This document shows positions 41,179 through 51,644 of a DNA stretch of 64,000 bases, piece by piece (within the stretch, counting starts at the first letter, position 1; every line of letters begins with the position of its first letter). Origin of the DNA: Candidatus Daviesbacteria bacterium (GTDB lineage Bacteria; Patescibacteriota; Microgenomatia; Daviesbacterales; UBA10151); the NCBI GenBank assembly GCA_028687915.1, contig JAQTZF010000001.1, positions 866,634 through 930,633 of the forward strand, in the 5' to 3' direction. Position numbers and translations under genes: made by a program. The notes under the pieces are model-generated. The model was not told the origin of the DNA. It worked only from the letters and a program-made list of their open reading frames with translations, and ran no database searches.

Positions 41179-42120
41179 ATGGACAACTATCTTGAACAAC
41201 AAATTAAAGACATTGACCTTAAACTTGAAGAAGCCAATAAACTTCTACAAGACCCGGAACTTTGTGACTTAGCCAAAATGGAAATTGAGGAACTTTTAGC
41301 ACAAAAACAAGAATTAATTGATTCTGCTTCCACCCCTATGCAGTCAGATAATGAAGAAGAGGAAGACTTTGAATCTGATATTAATCCAAACATTGCCATC
41401 CTGGAAATTAGATCTGCTGCCGGAGGAGATGAAGCCGGACTTTTTGCCGGAGATCTACTTCGTATGTATACCAGATTTATTCAAAACAATAATTGGAAAA
41501 TGGAGGAATTAAACCGTTCAGAAGGAAAATTAGGGCAAATTAAGGAAATTGTATTAAAAATTAATGGTAAAGGTGCCTATGATAGCTTAAAGTATGAATC
41601 CGGCGTTCATCGTGTGCAACGCGTGCCTACCACAGAATCCGGAGGCAGAATCCATACTTCTACAGCCACTGTGGCTGTGTTACCGGAAGTTAATCCCACC
41701 CAAATAAATATTAATCCTGCAGATATAGAATTTGATTCTTTCAGGTCTGGCGGAGCTGGAGGACAAAATGTTAATAAGGTTAATACTGCAGTAAGAATTA
41801 AACATATTCCAACAGGGATTGTGGTAACAGCCCAAACAGAAAGGTCACAACTTCAAAACAGAGAAAATGCTATGAATTTACTTCGGGCAAAGCTTTGGGA
41901 TATTGAAAATGCAGAGAAAATGAGCCGGGTTGGTGGACAAAGAGCTATTCAGGTAGGATCCGGTGAAAGATCAGAAAAAATCAGAACATATAATTTTCCT
42001 CAAAATAGAATTACAGATCATAGAATTGGTAAATCATGGCATAATTTAGAAACTATTTTAGAGGGTAATCTACAACCTGTAATTAAAGCACTACAGGAAA
42101 GTGAGGAAGAATTAACCTAA
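41179..42120 (+). CDS. prfA: Peptide chain release factor 1
   Basis: GGQ motif '[11 protein letters not shown]'. Tripeptide-anticodon region '[14 protein letters not shown]' is RF1-like PxT, not SPF. Confidence 0.75.
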   Translation: MDNYLEQQIKDIDLKLEEANKLLQDPELCDLAKMEIEELLAQKQELIDSASTPMQSDNEEEEDFESDINPNIAILEIRSAAGGDEAGLFAGDLLRMYTRFIQNNNWKMEELNRSEGKLGQIKEIVLKINGKGAYDSLKYESGVHRVQRVPTTESGGRIHTSTATVAVLPEVNPTQININPADIEFDSFRSGGAGGQNVNKVNTAVRIKHIPTGIVVTAQTERSQLQNRENAMNLLRAKLWDIENAEKMSRVGGQRAIQVGSGERSEKIRTYNFPQNRITDHRIGKSWHNLETILEGNLQPVIKALQESEEELT

Positions 42121-42130
42121 TTTCTAAAGA

Positions 42131-42158
42131 GCATAAGCTCGCAAGCTTCGCTTATTAC
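42131..42158 (+). terminator. Possible intrinsic terminator hairpin after prfA (ATAAGC-TCGCAAGCTTC-GCTTAT)
   Basis: Inverted repeat seen in sequence; weak T-tract. Confidence 0.3.
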
Positions 42159-42224
42159 TCTAATTTCTAAGTTAAACATTATTTAGATCAATTAGAATAA
42201 TTAGGTCAATTAGAAATTCATTCT

Positions 42225-42929
42225 ATGAACACACCAAAAGCATACACTCAGGGTTGGATAGAATTTTACAAATTAAGGTTTAAAGTAACCCCCGACGTTT
42301 TAATCCCCCGCCCTGAAACAGAGCTTTTAATAGATGAAGTACTAAATTATATTAAGGAAAACAAAAAAGAAAATATTATAGTTTTGGATGTGGGTACTGG
42401 TTCCGGTGCCATTGCCATATCAATTACCAAAAATCTTTCCGCCTCTCAAACAAACACACAAATTATAGCTACAGATATCTCTAAAGAAGCTTTAAAAGTA
42501 GCGAAACAAAATGCCAAATTACATGGAGTTTTAGATAAAATTACTTTTATTCAAAGTGACCTTTTATCCGACTTAGATCCTTCGACTCAAGAGTCCACCG
42601 GACTCTTTCCCACTCAGGATGACAATTTAATTATAGTCACCAACCTCCCCTATATTCCCACAGAAAGAATTCCCTATCTTGATTCATCAGTCAAAGATTT
42701 TGAACCTTTTATTGCTTTGGATGGTGGTGAAGATGGTTTTGAACTTTACAGAAAATTATTTTCCCAAATAGTCAAAAAAGGCTGGAAACCTAAACTTTTG
42801 GTAGGAGAAATAGATTACACTCATGGAGAATTAGCAATATACGAAGCCCAAAAATATTTTCCAAAGTCAAATGTAGAGGTAATTAAGGATCTTGCTCACC
42901 TGCAAAGAATTTTAAAAATCACGTTCTAG
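42225..42929 (+). CDS. prmC: Release factor glutamine N5-methyltransferase (PrmC/HemK)
   Basis: SAM motif 'VLDVGTGSGAIA' and 'VTNLPYIP' (NPPY-type). Genomic linkage to prfA. Confidence 0.8.
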   Translation: MNTPKAYTQGWIEFYKLRFKVTPDVLIPRPETELLIDEVLNYIKENKKENIIVLDVGTGSGAIAISITKNLSASQTNTQIIATDISKEALKVAKQNAKLHGVLDKITFIQSDLLSDLDPSTQESTGLFPTQDDNLIIVTNLPYIPTERIPYLDSSVKDFEPFIALDGGEDGFELYRKLFSQIVKKGWKPKLLVGEIDYTHGELAIYEAQKYFPKSNVEVIKDLAHLQRILKITF

Positions 42930-42972
42930 ACTTTTATTTTTTCAAAAAGTATAATCTCTTAAGCTTTAATTT

Positions 42973-43698
42973 ATGGCAAACGATAAACTTAGTTACGACA
43001 GAGTGATGTTAAAAATATCCGGAGAACTTTTCGGGGATGATGAGGGTCATGGTATTAATTTTTCAGCCTTTGAAAAAATTGCTCAGGATATTATAAATAT
43101 CAGAGAAAAAACTAAAGTTGAGTTAGCTTTAGTTGTAGGAGGGGGTAATATTTTCCGCGGTAGATACAAATCAGAACAAGTTGATGAAGCCACAGCAGAT
43201 TATATGGGTATGATGGCCACAGTTATTAACGGAATGGGGTTACAAGAGGCTTTGGAGCGCCTCGGAGCACCAACCAGAATGATGACAGCAATAGAAATAA
43301 AAGCAGTAGCAGAGCCGTATATTCGCAGAAAAGCATTAAGACACCTTACTAAAGGCAGAATTGTTATTTTTACTGCGGGTACAGGCAACCCCTTTTTTAC
43401 TACAGACTCAGGTGCAGCTCTTCGGGCAGCAGAATTAAATTGTGATGTTATTTTAAAAGCCACCAATGTTGATGGTGTTTATACAGAAGATCCTAATAAA
43501 AATCCTGATGCCAAGTTACTAACTAATATAACTTATCAGGAAGCAATTGAGAAAAATTTAGAAGTAATGGATGCTACAGCTTTTGCATTATGCAAAAGAC
43601 AAAACATTCCAATCATTGTATTTAATATTGATAAGTTAAATGACCTCGACCAAATATTAACTGGTCATAATTTTGGAACTTTGGTTTCAGAAAACTAA
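42973..43698 (+). CDS. pyrH: UMP kinase
   Basis: 'RVMLKISGELF', 'VVGGGNIFRG', 'GNPFFTTDS' signatures. Confidence 0.9.
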   Translation: MANDKLSYDRVMLKISGELFGDDEGHGINFSAFEKIAQDIINIREKTKVELALVVGGGNIFRGRYKSEQVDEATADYMGMMATVINGMGLQEALERLGAPTRMMTAIEIKAVAEPYIRRKALRHLTKGRIVIFTAGTGNPFFTTDSGAALRAAELNCDVILKATNVDGVYTEDPNKNPDAKLLTNITYQEAIEKNLEVMDATAFALCKRQNIPIIVFNIDKLNDLDQILTGHNFGTLVSEN

Positions 43699-44975
43699 AT
43701 TTGTTCGTCAAGCACTTCCAGTGCTTTCTCCAATTGATTATCTTTTAAAGGATCTTTCTCATCTGCTTTATATTCAATAGCAACATCAGGAGTTAATCCT
43801 ATTCCATGAATCCATCTGCCTGATGGTGTTAACCATTTAGCTGTTGTGATATGTATTCCTGTACCCTGAGGTAAATCTTCTGTTGATTGAATTGTACCTT
43901 TACCAAAAGACTGTTCCCCTACCAACCTTGCTCTTTTATTATCCTGCATAGCTCCGGCTAAAATTTCTGAAGCAGAAGCAGAACCTTTATTAATTAGGAT
44001 TACCAAAGGAATTTTTAACATTCTGCCTTGTCTGGTTACCACCAGTTCCTGTCTTTGACCCACCGAGTTTTCTTGCAAAACAATCGGTCCGGAACCAATA
44101 AATTCAGAACCAATATTTACAGCTGATTCTAGATATCCACCCGGATTATTTCTCACATCAACAATTACTCCCTGAGGTGGATTAGATAAAGCTGATGTCA
44201 CAGCTTCAGCCCATTCCTTATCAGTTTTTTCACCAAATCCTGATAAACGGATATAAGCAACTCCCCTTCCTTGTGGTGTAGTTTTCATATTCAAATCCAC
44301 AGTTTTTACAATAATGGTATCCCGGGAAAGTGTCACATCACGGGGCTTATCTGCACCTTCGCTAAAAATTGATAAAGATACTTTGGTTCCTTTTGGACCC
44401 CTGATTAAATTAACAGCGTCTGGTAAGGATAAATTATTTACATCTTTTTTATCAATGGAAAGTATTAAATCCCCAGCTTTTATACCAGCCTTTTCTGCCG
44501 GAGTATCTTTTAACGGTGCAATCACAACCAATCTTTTATCCTTGTTATAGCCAAGCTGCATTCCCACACCTTCAAAAGAACCCCCTAATTGTTCTTTGGT
44601 ATTCTTTTGAGATTCAGGTGGTAAAAATACAGTATATGGATCCCCTATTGCAGCTACCATTCCCTGAATTGCACCATAATATAATTTCTGTGGATCAATA
44701 GCTTTTTTATCTATATATTTTTGTGAAACTAAATCCCAAACTTTCCAAAAAAGAGAAAAGTCCATATTTGTTCTTACTTCTGATGAGCTGTTTACACCAA
44801 AAGAATTTAAAGAAATCTCTCTTTGACCAATTTGGTAGCCTAAAATAAAAATCAGTAAAATTATGGCAATATAACCTAAACCTGTTTGGGGAATTTTTAG
44901 AAAGCTTTTTAAGATTGAATCTTTTTTAGTTATTAGTGGATCCATTAAATTAATATTTCTAGATTTTGATAGCAA
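43695..44975 (-). CDS. ctpA: C-terminal processing (S41) peptidase with PDZ domain
   Basis: 'GVGMQLG', PDZ 'AGIKAGDLILSID', catalytic 'GSASASEILAGA'. Confidence 0.85.
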   Translation of the reverse strand: MLSKSRNINLMDPLITKKDSILKSFLKIPQTGLGYIAIILLIFILGYQIGQREISLNSFGVNSSSEVRTNMDFSLFWKVWDLVSQKYIDKKAIDPQKLYYGAIQGMVAAIGDPYTVFLPPESQKNTKEQLGGSFEGVGMQLGYNKDKRLVVIAPLKDTPAEKAGIKAGDLILSIDKKDVNNLSLPDAVNLIRGPKGTKVSLSIFSEGADKPRDVTLSRDTIIVKTVDLNMKTTPQGRGVAYIRLSGFGEKTDKEWAEAVTSALSNPPQGVIVDVRNNPGGYLESAVNIGSEFIGSGPIVLQENSVGQRQELVVTRQGRMLKIPLVILINKGSASASEILAGAMQDNKRARLVGEQSFGKGTIQSTEDLPQGTGIHITTAKWLTPSGRWIHGIGLTPDVAIEYKADEKDPLKDNQLEKALEVLDEQI

Positions 44976-46084
44976 ACCCTCACGCTTTTTTTATTTGTTT
45001 TTACGGTCACCAGTATGGAATTTATTCCAGAAGGCATCTTTGATGAAACTTTATCAATTGCTTCCACCATTCCCTGATCCCCAAAACTGTCCGGACCAAT
45101 GATTCTAACCCTTTGGTTTAACTGAAGTTTCATAACCTTCAATCCTGGTCCTAAATCCTCAGTAGGATTTTTCGCTATTTTTGTCTTGCGTATGTAGATC
45201 ATACAATTCTGCGAAGCACTTGGCAAGATTAAACGATTTAAGTTGCCATCTAAAATAGAAAAATTACCGTGATTTTTTTGTAAAAGAGAGAAGATATCAT
45301 CACCCATATGTGCAGAACCAAAGCCTTCTGTAATTAATATGCTAAAACCAATATCTGCCCAATGACGGTTATAGATATTCCATCCTCCGGCTAAGGATTT
45401 ATAGTTTTTAGCATTAATGCCACCGGAAATTATACCAGCTATTCCATACTCTGCTGCTTTTTCCAGGCCATCTGCAAAAACAATCTCTCCTCCTACAATA
45501 ATCTGGCCTTTCATGGTTTGCTCCAGTTGCCTTGAACCAATCAAAACTTCTTTTGATCCAATTACATTTAATACCCCTTCTCTTTCTTTACCTGACCCAA
45601 GCATCCCGTAAATAAAACTTGCCATGGTACGGATAGTAATCACCCCTTTTGTTTCATCAACATCATCTATAATTCCCCACACACCACAAGCCAACTTTAT
45701 GGTTTTGGGGAATAATTTAATCCTTAAAGTTCCATTTTTCTCATCATAATAATCTAATATTCCGTCATCAGGTGATAGTAATATTTTTTCTCCCAAACCA
45801 AGAACCCCTTTTTTGGAAGCCAAAAGTTCACCTGTAAAAATATTACTGCCTAAAGGACGGCTAAGAAATTTAATGCCATCACTACCACTTATACCCAATT
45901 CTTTTGCTAAATTAACTACTCTAAATCCGGCACTGGTTTTACCTTCAGCTAAGATTGCATTTGGAGCTACTTCATCTCCAACTTTTACGTTCACTTTAGT
46001 AATAGCTGAAGGTAAAGTCCGTTTGATATGAGTTATCTGATCTGTAACTATTCTGGTACGTGCATTAAGTAAAATTTGATCCAT
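44945..46084 (-). CDS. Hypothetical protein
   Basis: ORF track; no motif recognised. Confidence 0.5.
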   Translation of the reverse strand: MDQILLNARTRIVTDQITHIKRTLPSAITKVNVKVGDEVAPNAILAEGKTSAGFRVVNLAKELGISGSDGIKFLSRPLGSNIFTGELLASKKGVLGLGEKILLSPDDGILDYYDEKNGTLRIKLFPKTIKLACGVWGIIDDVDETKGVITIRTMASFIYGMLGSGKEREGVLNVIGSKEVLIGSRQLEQTMKGQIIVGGEIVFADGLEKAAEYGIAGIISGGINAKNYKSLAGGWNIYNRHWADIGFSILITEGFGSAHMGDDIFSLLQKNHGNFSILDGNLNRLILPSASQNCMIYIRKTKIAKNPTEDLGPGLKVMKLQLNQRVRIIGPDSFGDQGMVEAIDKVSSKMPSGINSILVTVKTNKKSVRVCYQNLEILI

Positions 46085-46087
46085 AAG

Positions 46088-46696
46088 TTAACTTATCCTT
46101 GCATCAACCATCAAACCTAATTGACCTGTAACAACTTCAATAGAAAGAACTTTTTTATCCATTAAGGTGGCACTCGCAGAGGTAAAAGTAATATCAGCTC
46201 TGGATTGAGTAATTGGAATAGTAGCCATGGCGCCAGCTTTTATTTGATATTGTTTTCCCCCCACTCCAATTGTAACTATACTCCCTGCTCCTAAATTATC
46301 AGGCCGAATTAAAGTTCCCAAATTTTTTGGACCTAAATTTAATGATTTCAACCAAAAAGCAGTAATACCTGGCGGAAGTATAGCATCAATAAATATGGTC
46401 ACTAGCTTTTGGATATCCGGGAAATATTGTAAAAATCCCTCCGGGATTTCAATCTTTTTTAAATTCTTGTTATAAAATTTATCCTGATTTTTCTCTATTA
46501 CTTTACGAATAATAGCAAAATTAAAAGCTAGGTCTTTTGCAGCCTGAGGAATAACTTGAGGGTATAACATTCTGTTCCCAATTTTATTTTCAAGAATAAT
46601 TGCATCTTCTGGTTGAGGTAACCATTGCTGAATGTCAGAAACAGAGACTTCTTCTAATTTAGAAAAATAATCGAGTATGACAGTATCGTTAGGCAT
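46088..46696 (-). CDS. Hypothetical protein
   Basis: ORF track. Confidence 0.5.
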   Translation of the reverse strand: MPNDTVILDYFSKLEEVSVSDIQQWLPQPEDAIILENKIGNRMLYPQVIPQAAKDLAFNFAIIRKVIEKNQDKFYNKNLKKIEIPEGFLQYFPDIQKLVTIFIDAILPPGITAFWLKSLNLGPKNLGTLIRPDNLGAGSIVTIGVGGKQYQIKAGAMATIPITQSRADITFTSASATLMDKKVLSIEVVTGQLGLMVDARIS

Positions 46697-46714
46697 TAAA
46701 CACAGTATAACGTG

Positions 46715-47086
46715 TTAGACTCTGACAGTAAATGGAAGTAAAGCTAAATGTCTGGCTCTTTTAATTTCTTTGGTGATTCTTCTTTGATGTTTAGCACAAG
46801 ATCCTGATCTGGTTCTGGTAACTATTCTACCGCGGTCATTAATAAATCTACGTAAAGCTACAATATCAAAATAATGTGGTTCTGTTTTATTACTACAAAA
46901 TTGGCAAACTTTTTTAAGACGTGGAGCAGATTGTCTTCTGGATTCTTCACCACTTTCAGATACTTCCTGTTCTGCAACTTTTGTAACTTTTTCAGCTGCT
47001 TCTTTTTTAGGTGCAGCAGATTTTTCCCCAGAAACAGGTGTAGTACTGATTATTCCTTTAGATAATATTTTTCTTGTTGTTGCCAT
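46715..47086 (-). CDS. rpsR: 30S ribosomal protein S18 with N-terminal extension
   Basis: 'CQFCSNK...IVALRRFINDRGRIVTRTRSG.CAKHQRRITKEIKRARHLALLPF'. Confidence 0.85.
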   Translation of the reverse strand: MATTRKILSKGIISTTPVSGEKSAAPKKEAAEKVTKVAEQEVSESGEESRRQSAPRLKKVCQFCSNKTEPHYFDIVALRRFINDRGRIVTRTRSGSCAKHQRRITKEIKRARHLALLPFTVRV

Positions 47087-47141
47087 ATAAAATAGGTACG
47101 AATGGGATTATATCAAGCTTAGAGTATTAAGGCAAGGGTAA

Positions 47142-47666
47142 TTAAAAAGGAAGGTCTTCATCTGCAACTGATTCATTTGGTGCCGGAGTTGCTTCTTCTT
47201 GTGGTTTTGTCTCTGCTTCAGCCTTGATTGGTTCAGAATCAGCTTCTTTTTTTTCTGATACTTCTGGTAAAGATACATCTCCCACGGGTGCACCCGAAAC
47301 CTTTTCTGATACAAAACCTGTATCTCCCTCACCTTTTGGAGTAATTAAAATCATATCCTCTAAAACAATTTCTGCATCTCTTCTTTTATTTCCATCCTGA
47401 CCTGTCCATTCACGATATTGTAGTCTTCCTGATACAAAAACCCGTGAACCTTTTTTCATTAATTGGTTGCAAAGTTCTGCTAATTTTCCCCAGGCAATAA
47501 CTTTATGAAAATCTACTTCTTCTTTTTTTTCTCCTTCAGAGGTAAATGTGCGGTTTGTGGCAATTCCAATTGTAGCAACAGCTGTGCCAGATGGTGTATA
47601 ACGAAGTTCGGGATCTCTAGTTAAATTTCCAATTAATTCTACTTTATTCCAAGACCTGCTGCCCAT
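47142..47666 (-). CDS. ssb: Single-stranded DNA-binding protein (start trimmed to MGSRSWNKVELIGNL)
   Basis: OB fold 'NKVELIGNLTRDPELRYTPSGTAVA'. Acidic tail ending 'DEDLPF'. ATG at 47664..47666. Confidence 0.85.
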   Translation of the reverse strand: MGSRSWNKVELIGNLTRDPELRYTPSGTAVATIGIATNRTFTSEGEKKEEVDFHKVIAWGKLAELCNQLMKKGSRVFVSGRLQYREWTGQDGNKRRDAEIVLEDMILITPKGEGDTGFVSEKVSGAPVGDVSLPEVSEKKEADSEPIKAEAETKPQEEATPAPNESVADEDLPF

Positions 47667-47682
47667 ATTTTTACTTTCTTTA

Positions 47683-47955
47683 TTATTTGATTCGAACAAT
47701 CAAATGACGAATAATATCTTCTTCTAGTTTAATAAACTTGTCAAGCGGATCGATCATATTTGGTTCAACCTGAAAGAAATAATGAGCATAATAACCTTTA
47801 CCTAATTTTTGGATTGGATAACTAAGGTCTCTTACACCCCATAATTCTTCTTTAACATCCTCGCCCATTTTTTTGGTCACAGAATCCAAAAGCTCTTTAC
47901 GAACCTTTTCATCCATCTCGGGTCTGGTCACAATTGTTAATGCATATTTATTCAT
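47683..47955 (-). CDS. rpsF: 30S ribosomal protein S6
   Basis: 'MNKYALTIVTRPEMDE...' Conserved rpsF-ssb-rpsR order. Confidence 0.85.
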   Translation of the reverse strand: MNKYALTIVTRPEMDEKVRKELLDSVTKKMGEDVKEELWGVRDLSYPIQKLGKGYYAHYFFQVEPNMIDPLDKFIKLEEDIIRHLIVRIK

Positions 47956-47969
47956 ACTGAGGAATTGTA

Positions 47970-48683
47970 CTAGTTGCTGGCCATAATTTCAATAGCCGAA
48001 GCTATTTTGATTGCCAGGCAAACAGTACTGAGTGAATATGCTTCAGAGCATTCCAGGTATTTTATAGCCATTTCTGAAAAACCTAAGCGGGGACGCCATT
48101 CTGATGTAATAGCAATAACATTTCCAACACTATCCAACACAGGACCCCCACTGTTACCAGGTTCTACCCGGGCACTAACTAAAATTGAACTTGAGCCTAA
48201 ATAATTAATCTGACCAATAGATGCAACTGGACTTTTAGAATTTCTGGCGGCTAAATATTTATCTGGATATCCAAATGCAATTACTCTATCCACTTTAGCT
48301 AAATCATCAGATATATTTAATGACTTTACTCTTAGATTTATTCCTGTTACAGGTAATACAAAAAGATCTTCTTCATCGCTATCTAAGCAGGGAAGTTTTT
48401 TAGGATCAAAAACCAAACTTCTTCCTTCCGGAAATATAATTCGTCTCCTGTCAAACTTACCATCACGGTTTAGAAAGCAATGTCTTGCAGATAAAAGATA
48501 TTGTCTATCCTTATATATACTTAAGCAACAGCCTCCAAACAACCCTTCTTCTCCCATAACCCTACCTACTGAGTTCGAGGCTTCCCTTAACTGAGGTGGT
48601 AAGTCTTTTGTTTCAAAAAAATAACCTTCCTGAGGAGACACTGGTTCTGTTAAAGAAAATGTTGGATGTTCTTGTGTAATCAC
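47970..48683 (-). CDS. Trypsin-like (S1) serine protease
   Basis: 'LLSARHC' (His) and 'GNSGGPV' (Ser) catalytic motifs. Confidence 0.75.
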   Translation of the reverse strand: MITQEHPTFSLTEPVSPQEGYFFETKDLPPQLREASNSVGRVMGEEGLFGGCCLSIYKDRQYLLSARHCFLNRDGKFDRRRIIFPEGRSLVFDPKKLPCLDSDEEDLFVLPVTGINLRVKSLNISDDLAKVDRVIAFGYPDKYLAARNSKSPVASIGQINYLGSSSILVSARVEPGNSGGPVLDSVGNVIAITSEWRPRLGFSEMAIKYLECSEAYSLSTVCLAIKIASAIEIMASN

Positions 48684-48722
48684 AGCTACCTATTATACTA
48701 TAAGTTATCAATAGCTTCAAAC

Positions 48723-50540
48723 CTAGGACTCGTAGCTTTTAGCCTGGACCACAAACATTTTGGCATATTTACCATTAAGTTTCATAAGTTCTGTATGAGT
48801 TCCACTTTCTGAAATCTTTCCTGCTTCTACCACCATTATTTTATTAGCATTCTTAACTGTAGAAAATCTGTGAGAAACTAAAATTAAAGTCCTGTCTTTA
48901 TATAGTTTTTCCAGCTGGTTAAAAATTTCAAACTCTGCTTCCGGATCTATGGCACTGGTTGGCTCATCCATAATTAATACTGGTGCCTGCATATAAAATG
49001 CCCTGGCAATAGCTACTTTTTGCCACTGTCCAATTGATAAATCCTCCCCATCTTCAAATTGCCTGCCTAAATATTGGTCATATCCTTTGGGGAATTTTTC
49101 AATTAAATCTGATACTCCGGCTAATTTTGCTGATTGTTTCATTAAATCATTATCTTCTTTTAATGTATCCCCTAAAACTATATTTTCTCTGGCTGTAAAT
49201 TGATATTTCACAAAGTCCTGAAAAAGAGTTCCCAAAAACTTATACCAATTATTTAAACTTAAGTCTTTAATATTTACCCCATTAATTAATATTTCCCCGC
49301 TATCTGCATCATAAAAACGACAAAGTAATTTAATAATAGTCGTTTTCCCTGCCCCATTTTCTCCCACTAAGGCAATACTTTCACCGGGATTAATTGTAAA
49401 TGAAACATTATCCAGTGCCTTACGTGTCTTGGTATAACTAAAACTTACATTTTTAAATTCAATTACAGGAGGTTTAATTTCATCAAAAATAACAGGGTTT
49501 TCTTTTTCTTTAATTTTCTTGGGAAGACTCATGACTTCCAGGAAATTATCCACAGACAATTTATTAGAATAAACCCAGCCAAAATATCCTGCTACATTTC
49601 CAGCCTGAATGTTTAACTGATCAATCATGGTTATAACTAAAGCAAAACTACCAATGGTGAATGATCCTGAAATAACTTCAGGAAGTTTTAATGAAGCAAT
49701 TACCAGAAGAACTATAGTTTCTAAAATTAAAGGTGCAATAGTAGTCCAAACATAATTATTAAGAGGTTTTTCATAAAGACCTAAAAGATATTCCTGAATA
49801 CCTTTATATTTATCCAATAAAAAGTTTTTAGCCTGAAAAATCCTTATTTCAGATAAAGAAGTTCTTTCTGAAAACAGAGTCTGAAAATACCAAAGTTTTC
49901 TCACCTCAGGTATCCCGGAACCATAAAAGGACCATTCTATATCTCCATATCTTGTCTTTAAATAAAGCCTTGGTAATACTGTTATTGTAATAACAAAAGG
50001 CACCCACCATAAAATTGGTAATAAAATTATGTAAGCTGCCAAAAAGCTAATAAGACCAGTGATAACATAACTTAAAGCCCTTAAAAAATCAGGTACCCTC
50101 CAGGCAACAGTATCTCTGGTTTTAGCAATCAAATTTTGAGTCTCAAAGTTTTCCAGATCAGCCATATCCAAATCAGCCATTTTGGAATAAAAAAGAAAAG
50201 TTAAATAATTTTGTAATTTATAACGAAAAAGGTAGTCACAATATGTTTGATATAAAACGTTATACAATACATCCTGAACAAAATTAACCACATACCTTGC
50301 CATCAAAACTACTATTAATATTAAAGGAATTGTCTTCGTACCTAATTGTTGTGAAACCTGTAAATAATCTATTAAATATTTTGTGCTTAATCCTGCTGCT
50401 GCCGGGCCCAAAGCACCCAAAGCTGCTGTACCGTAATACATTACTGTAATCCGTGCATCCATCTGCCAGGCAATAGCCAGCATCTTTTTTGCATCAATAA
50501 AGATTTCTTTTAATTTGGTAGTAATCCTAATTTTTTCCAT
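48723..50540 (-). CDS. ABC exporter, fused permease/ATP-binding protein
   Basis: Walker A 'GENGAGKTT', signature 'LSIGQWQKV', Walker B 'LIMDEPTSAID'. 6 TM N-terminus. Confidence 0.85.
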   Translation of the reverse strand: MEKIRITTKLKEIFIDAKKMLAIAWQMDARITVMYYGTAALGALGPAAAGLSTKYLIDYLQVSQQLGTKTIPLILIVVLMARYVVNFVQDVLYNVLYQTYCDYLFRYKLQNYLTFLFYSKMADLDMADLENFETQNLIAKTRDTVAWRVPDFLRALSYVITGLISFLAAYIILLPILWWVPFVITITVLPRLYLKTRYGDIEWSFYGSGIPEVRKLWYFQTLFSERTSLSEIRIFQAKNFLLDKYKGIQEYLLGLYEKPLNNYVWTTIAPLILETIVLLVIASLKLPEVISGSFTIGSFALVITMIDQLNIQAGNVAGYFGWVYSNKLSVDNFLEVMSLPKKIKEKENPVIFDEIKPPVIEFKNVSFSYTKTRKALDNVSFTINPGESIALVGENGAGKTTIIKLLCRFYDADSGEILINGVNIKDLSLNNWYKFLGTLFQDFVKYQFTARENIVLGDTLKEDNDLMKQSAKLAGVSDLIEKFPKGYDQYLGRQFEDGEDLSIGQWQKVAIARAFYMQAPVLIMDEPTSAIDPEAEFEIFNQLEKLYKDRTLILVSHRFSTVKNANKIMVVEAGKISESGTHTELMKLNGKYAKMFVVQAKSYES

Positions 50541-50823
50541 ATAAATTATAATAACATTATTTCTGAGGCTATGTAATGCTTAGAATAATTAAATTAACTC
50601 AGAAGGGTTGTCGTTTAAAGATGTTGTTGGATTGCAAATTGTTCTTCAATATAAGCTTCAATCTCCGCTTCTACACGGCGTACATTCCCTCTCCAAAATT
50701 TTTCTATTTTTTCGCTTAGCATAGCTTACCGGAAGTATACTATGAGCCCACCACAAATACAACCATATAATCTATGCTTTTTTTGACTTTTAGCTTTAAA
50801 TTAGATAAAATATATCTTATAGT

Positions 50824-51558
50824 ATGAAAGATGCTGAACTAACCACCTCAAAGCTGGAACAACATCAAAAAATAACCCGTCAACCAAATAATCTTATGCT
50901 GCCTACACCCGAAAAATTACAAATTATTAATCTTTTAGAAGCTAACCTTAAAGAGCGAGACTATTTTGCTTCCCAAGTAGATAGATGCAAAGGAAAGTTA
51001 CATGTTTTGACTCATCCTTTTTATCATGAAGAATTTAATGGATATCCAGAAATACCAGGTTATGCCAAAGCGAGAGATATACTCATTAAATCTTGTATTA
51101 CACATGATATACCCTTAGTCATCTTTGAAGAATCATCTAAATGCCGAACTCTCTCATTAAAAATTCCAGAGATTCCAGGAATTTTATATGTAGTAAAAAC
51201 GGAAGGAGCTTCAAATTATTTAGAATATGATCATTATCAAAATCAAAAAAAACTCACTGCATTGTTTAAATGGGCCGGAGTATCTCGTATTGTAGCTGGA
51301 GGACAATATATGTTTCTTAGAAAATTTCCCCAAGATGTAAAAAACCCTCATGATAGACGTACACTTAATGATTTAGGATTCTTAAAACATTTAAGACCTA
51401 ACGCGAAAAAATGGATTGATCAAAGGATAATTCCTGAAAAATGTGCTGGAGGAATAGCTAGTAACTTTTTAATATCTGGTTTTGATGTTTCTCTTTCCCC
51501 TGTGTCTTCCCCTCATAACTTTTACCTAGGACATTGTAAAATAGTTCAAGGAAGCTAA
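50824..51558 (+). CDS. Hypothetical protein
   Basis: ORF track; 'YPEIPGY' motif. Confidence 0.5.
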   Translation: MKDAELTTSKLEQHQKITRQPNNLMLPTPEKLQIINLLEANLKERDYFASQVDRCKGKLHVLTHPFYHEEFNGYPEIPGYAKARDILIKSCITHDIPLVIFEESSKCRTLSLKIPEIPGILYVVKTEGASNYLEYDHYQNQKKLTALFKWAGVSRIVAGGQYMFLRKFPQDVKNPHDRRTLNDLGFLKHLRPNAKKWIDQRIIPEKCAGGIASNFLISGFDVSLSPVSSPHNFYLGHCKIVQGS

Positions 51559-51584
51559 TAAAGATTAAAAGTTAATTTTATTTC

Positions 51585-51644
51585 TGGTAATATCTGGCAA
51601 TATTAGGAATTATTTGGTAATATTAGGCAATATATGGCAATGTC
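51585..51644 (+). repeat. Six tandem phased 10-bp direct repeats (consensus TGGYAATATT) overlapping the start of the wHTH ORF
   Basis: tggtaatatc/tggcaatatt/aggaattatt/tggtaatatt/aggcaatata/tggcaatgtc read directly from the sequence. Confidence 0.85.

Noticed and set aside
43718-43735. Hairpin AAGCACT-tcc-AGTGCTT after pyrH
   Set aside because: Lies inside the ctp coding sequence (convergent overlap); probably not a functional terminator.
47108-47332. 74-aa K/Q-rich ORF overlapping ssb
   Set aside because: Nested, out of frame, inside the conserved ssb gene; low-complexity translation.
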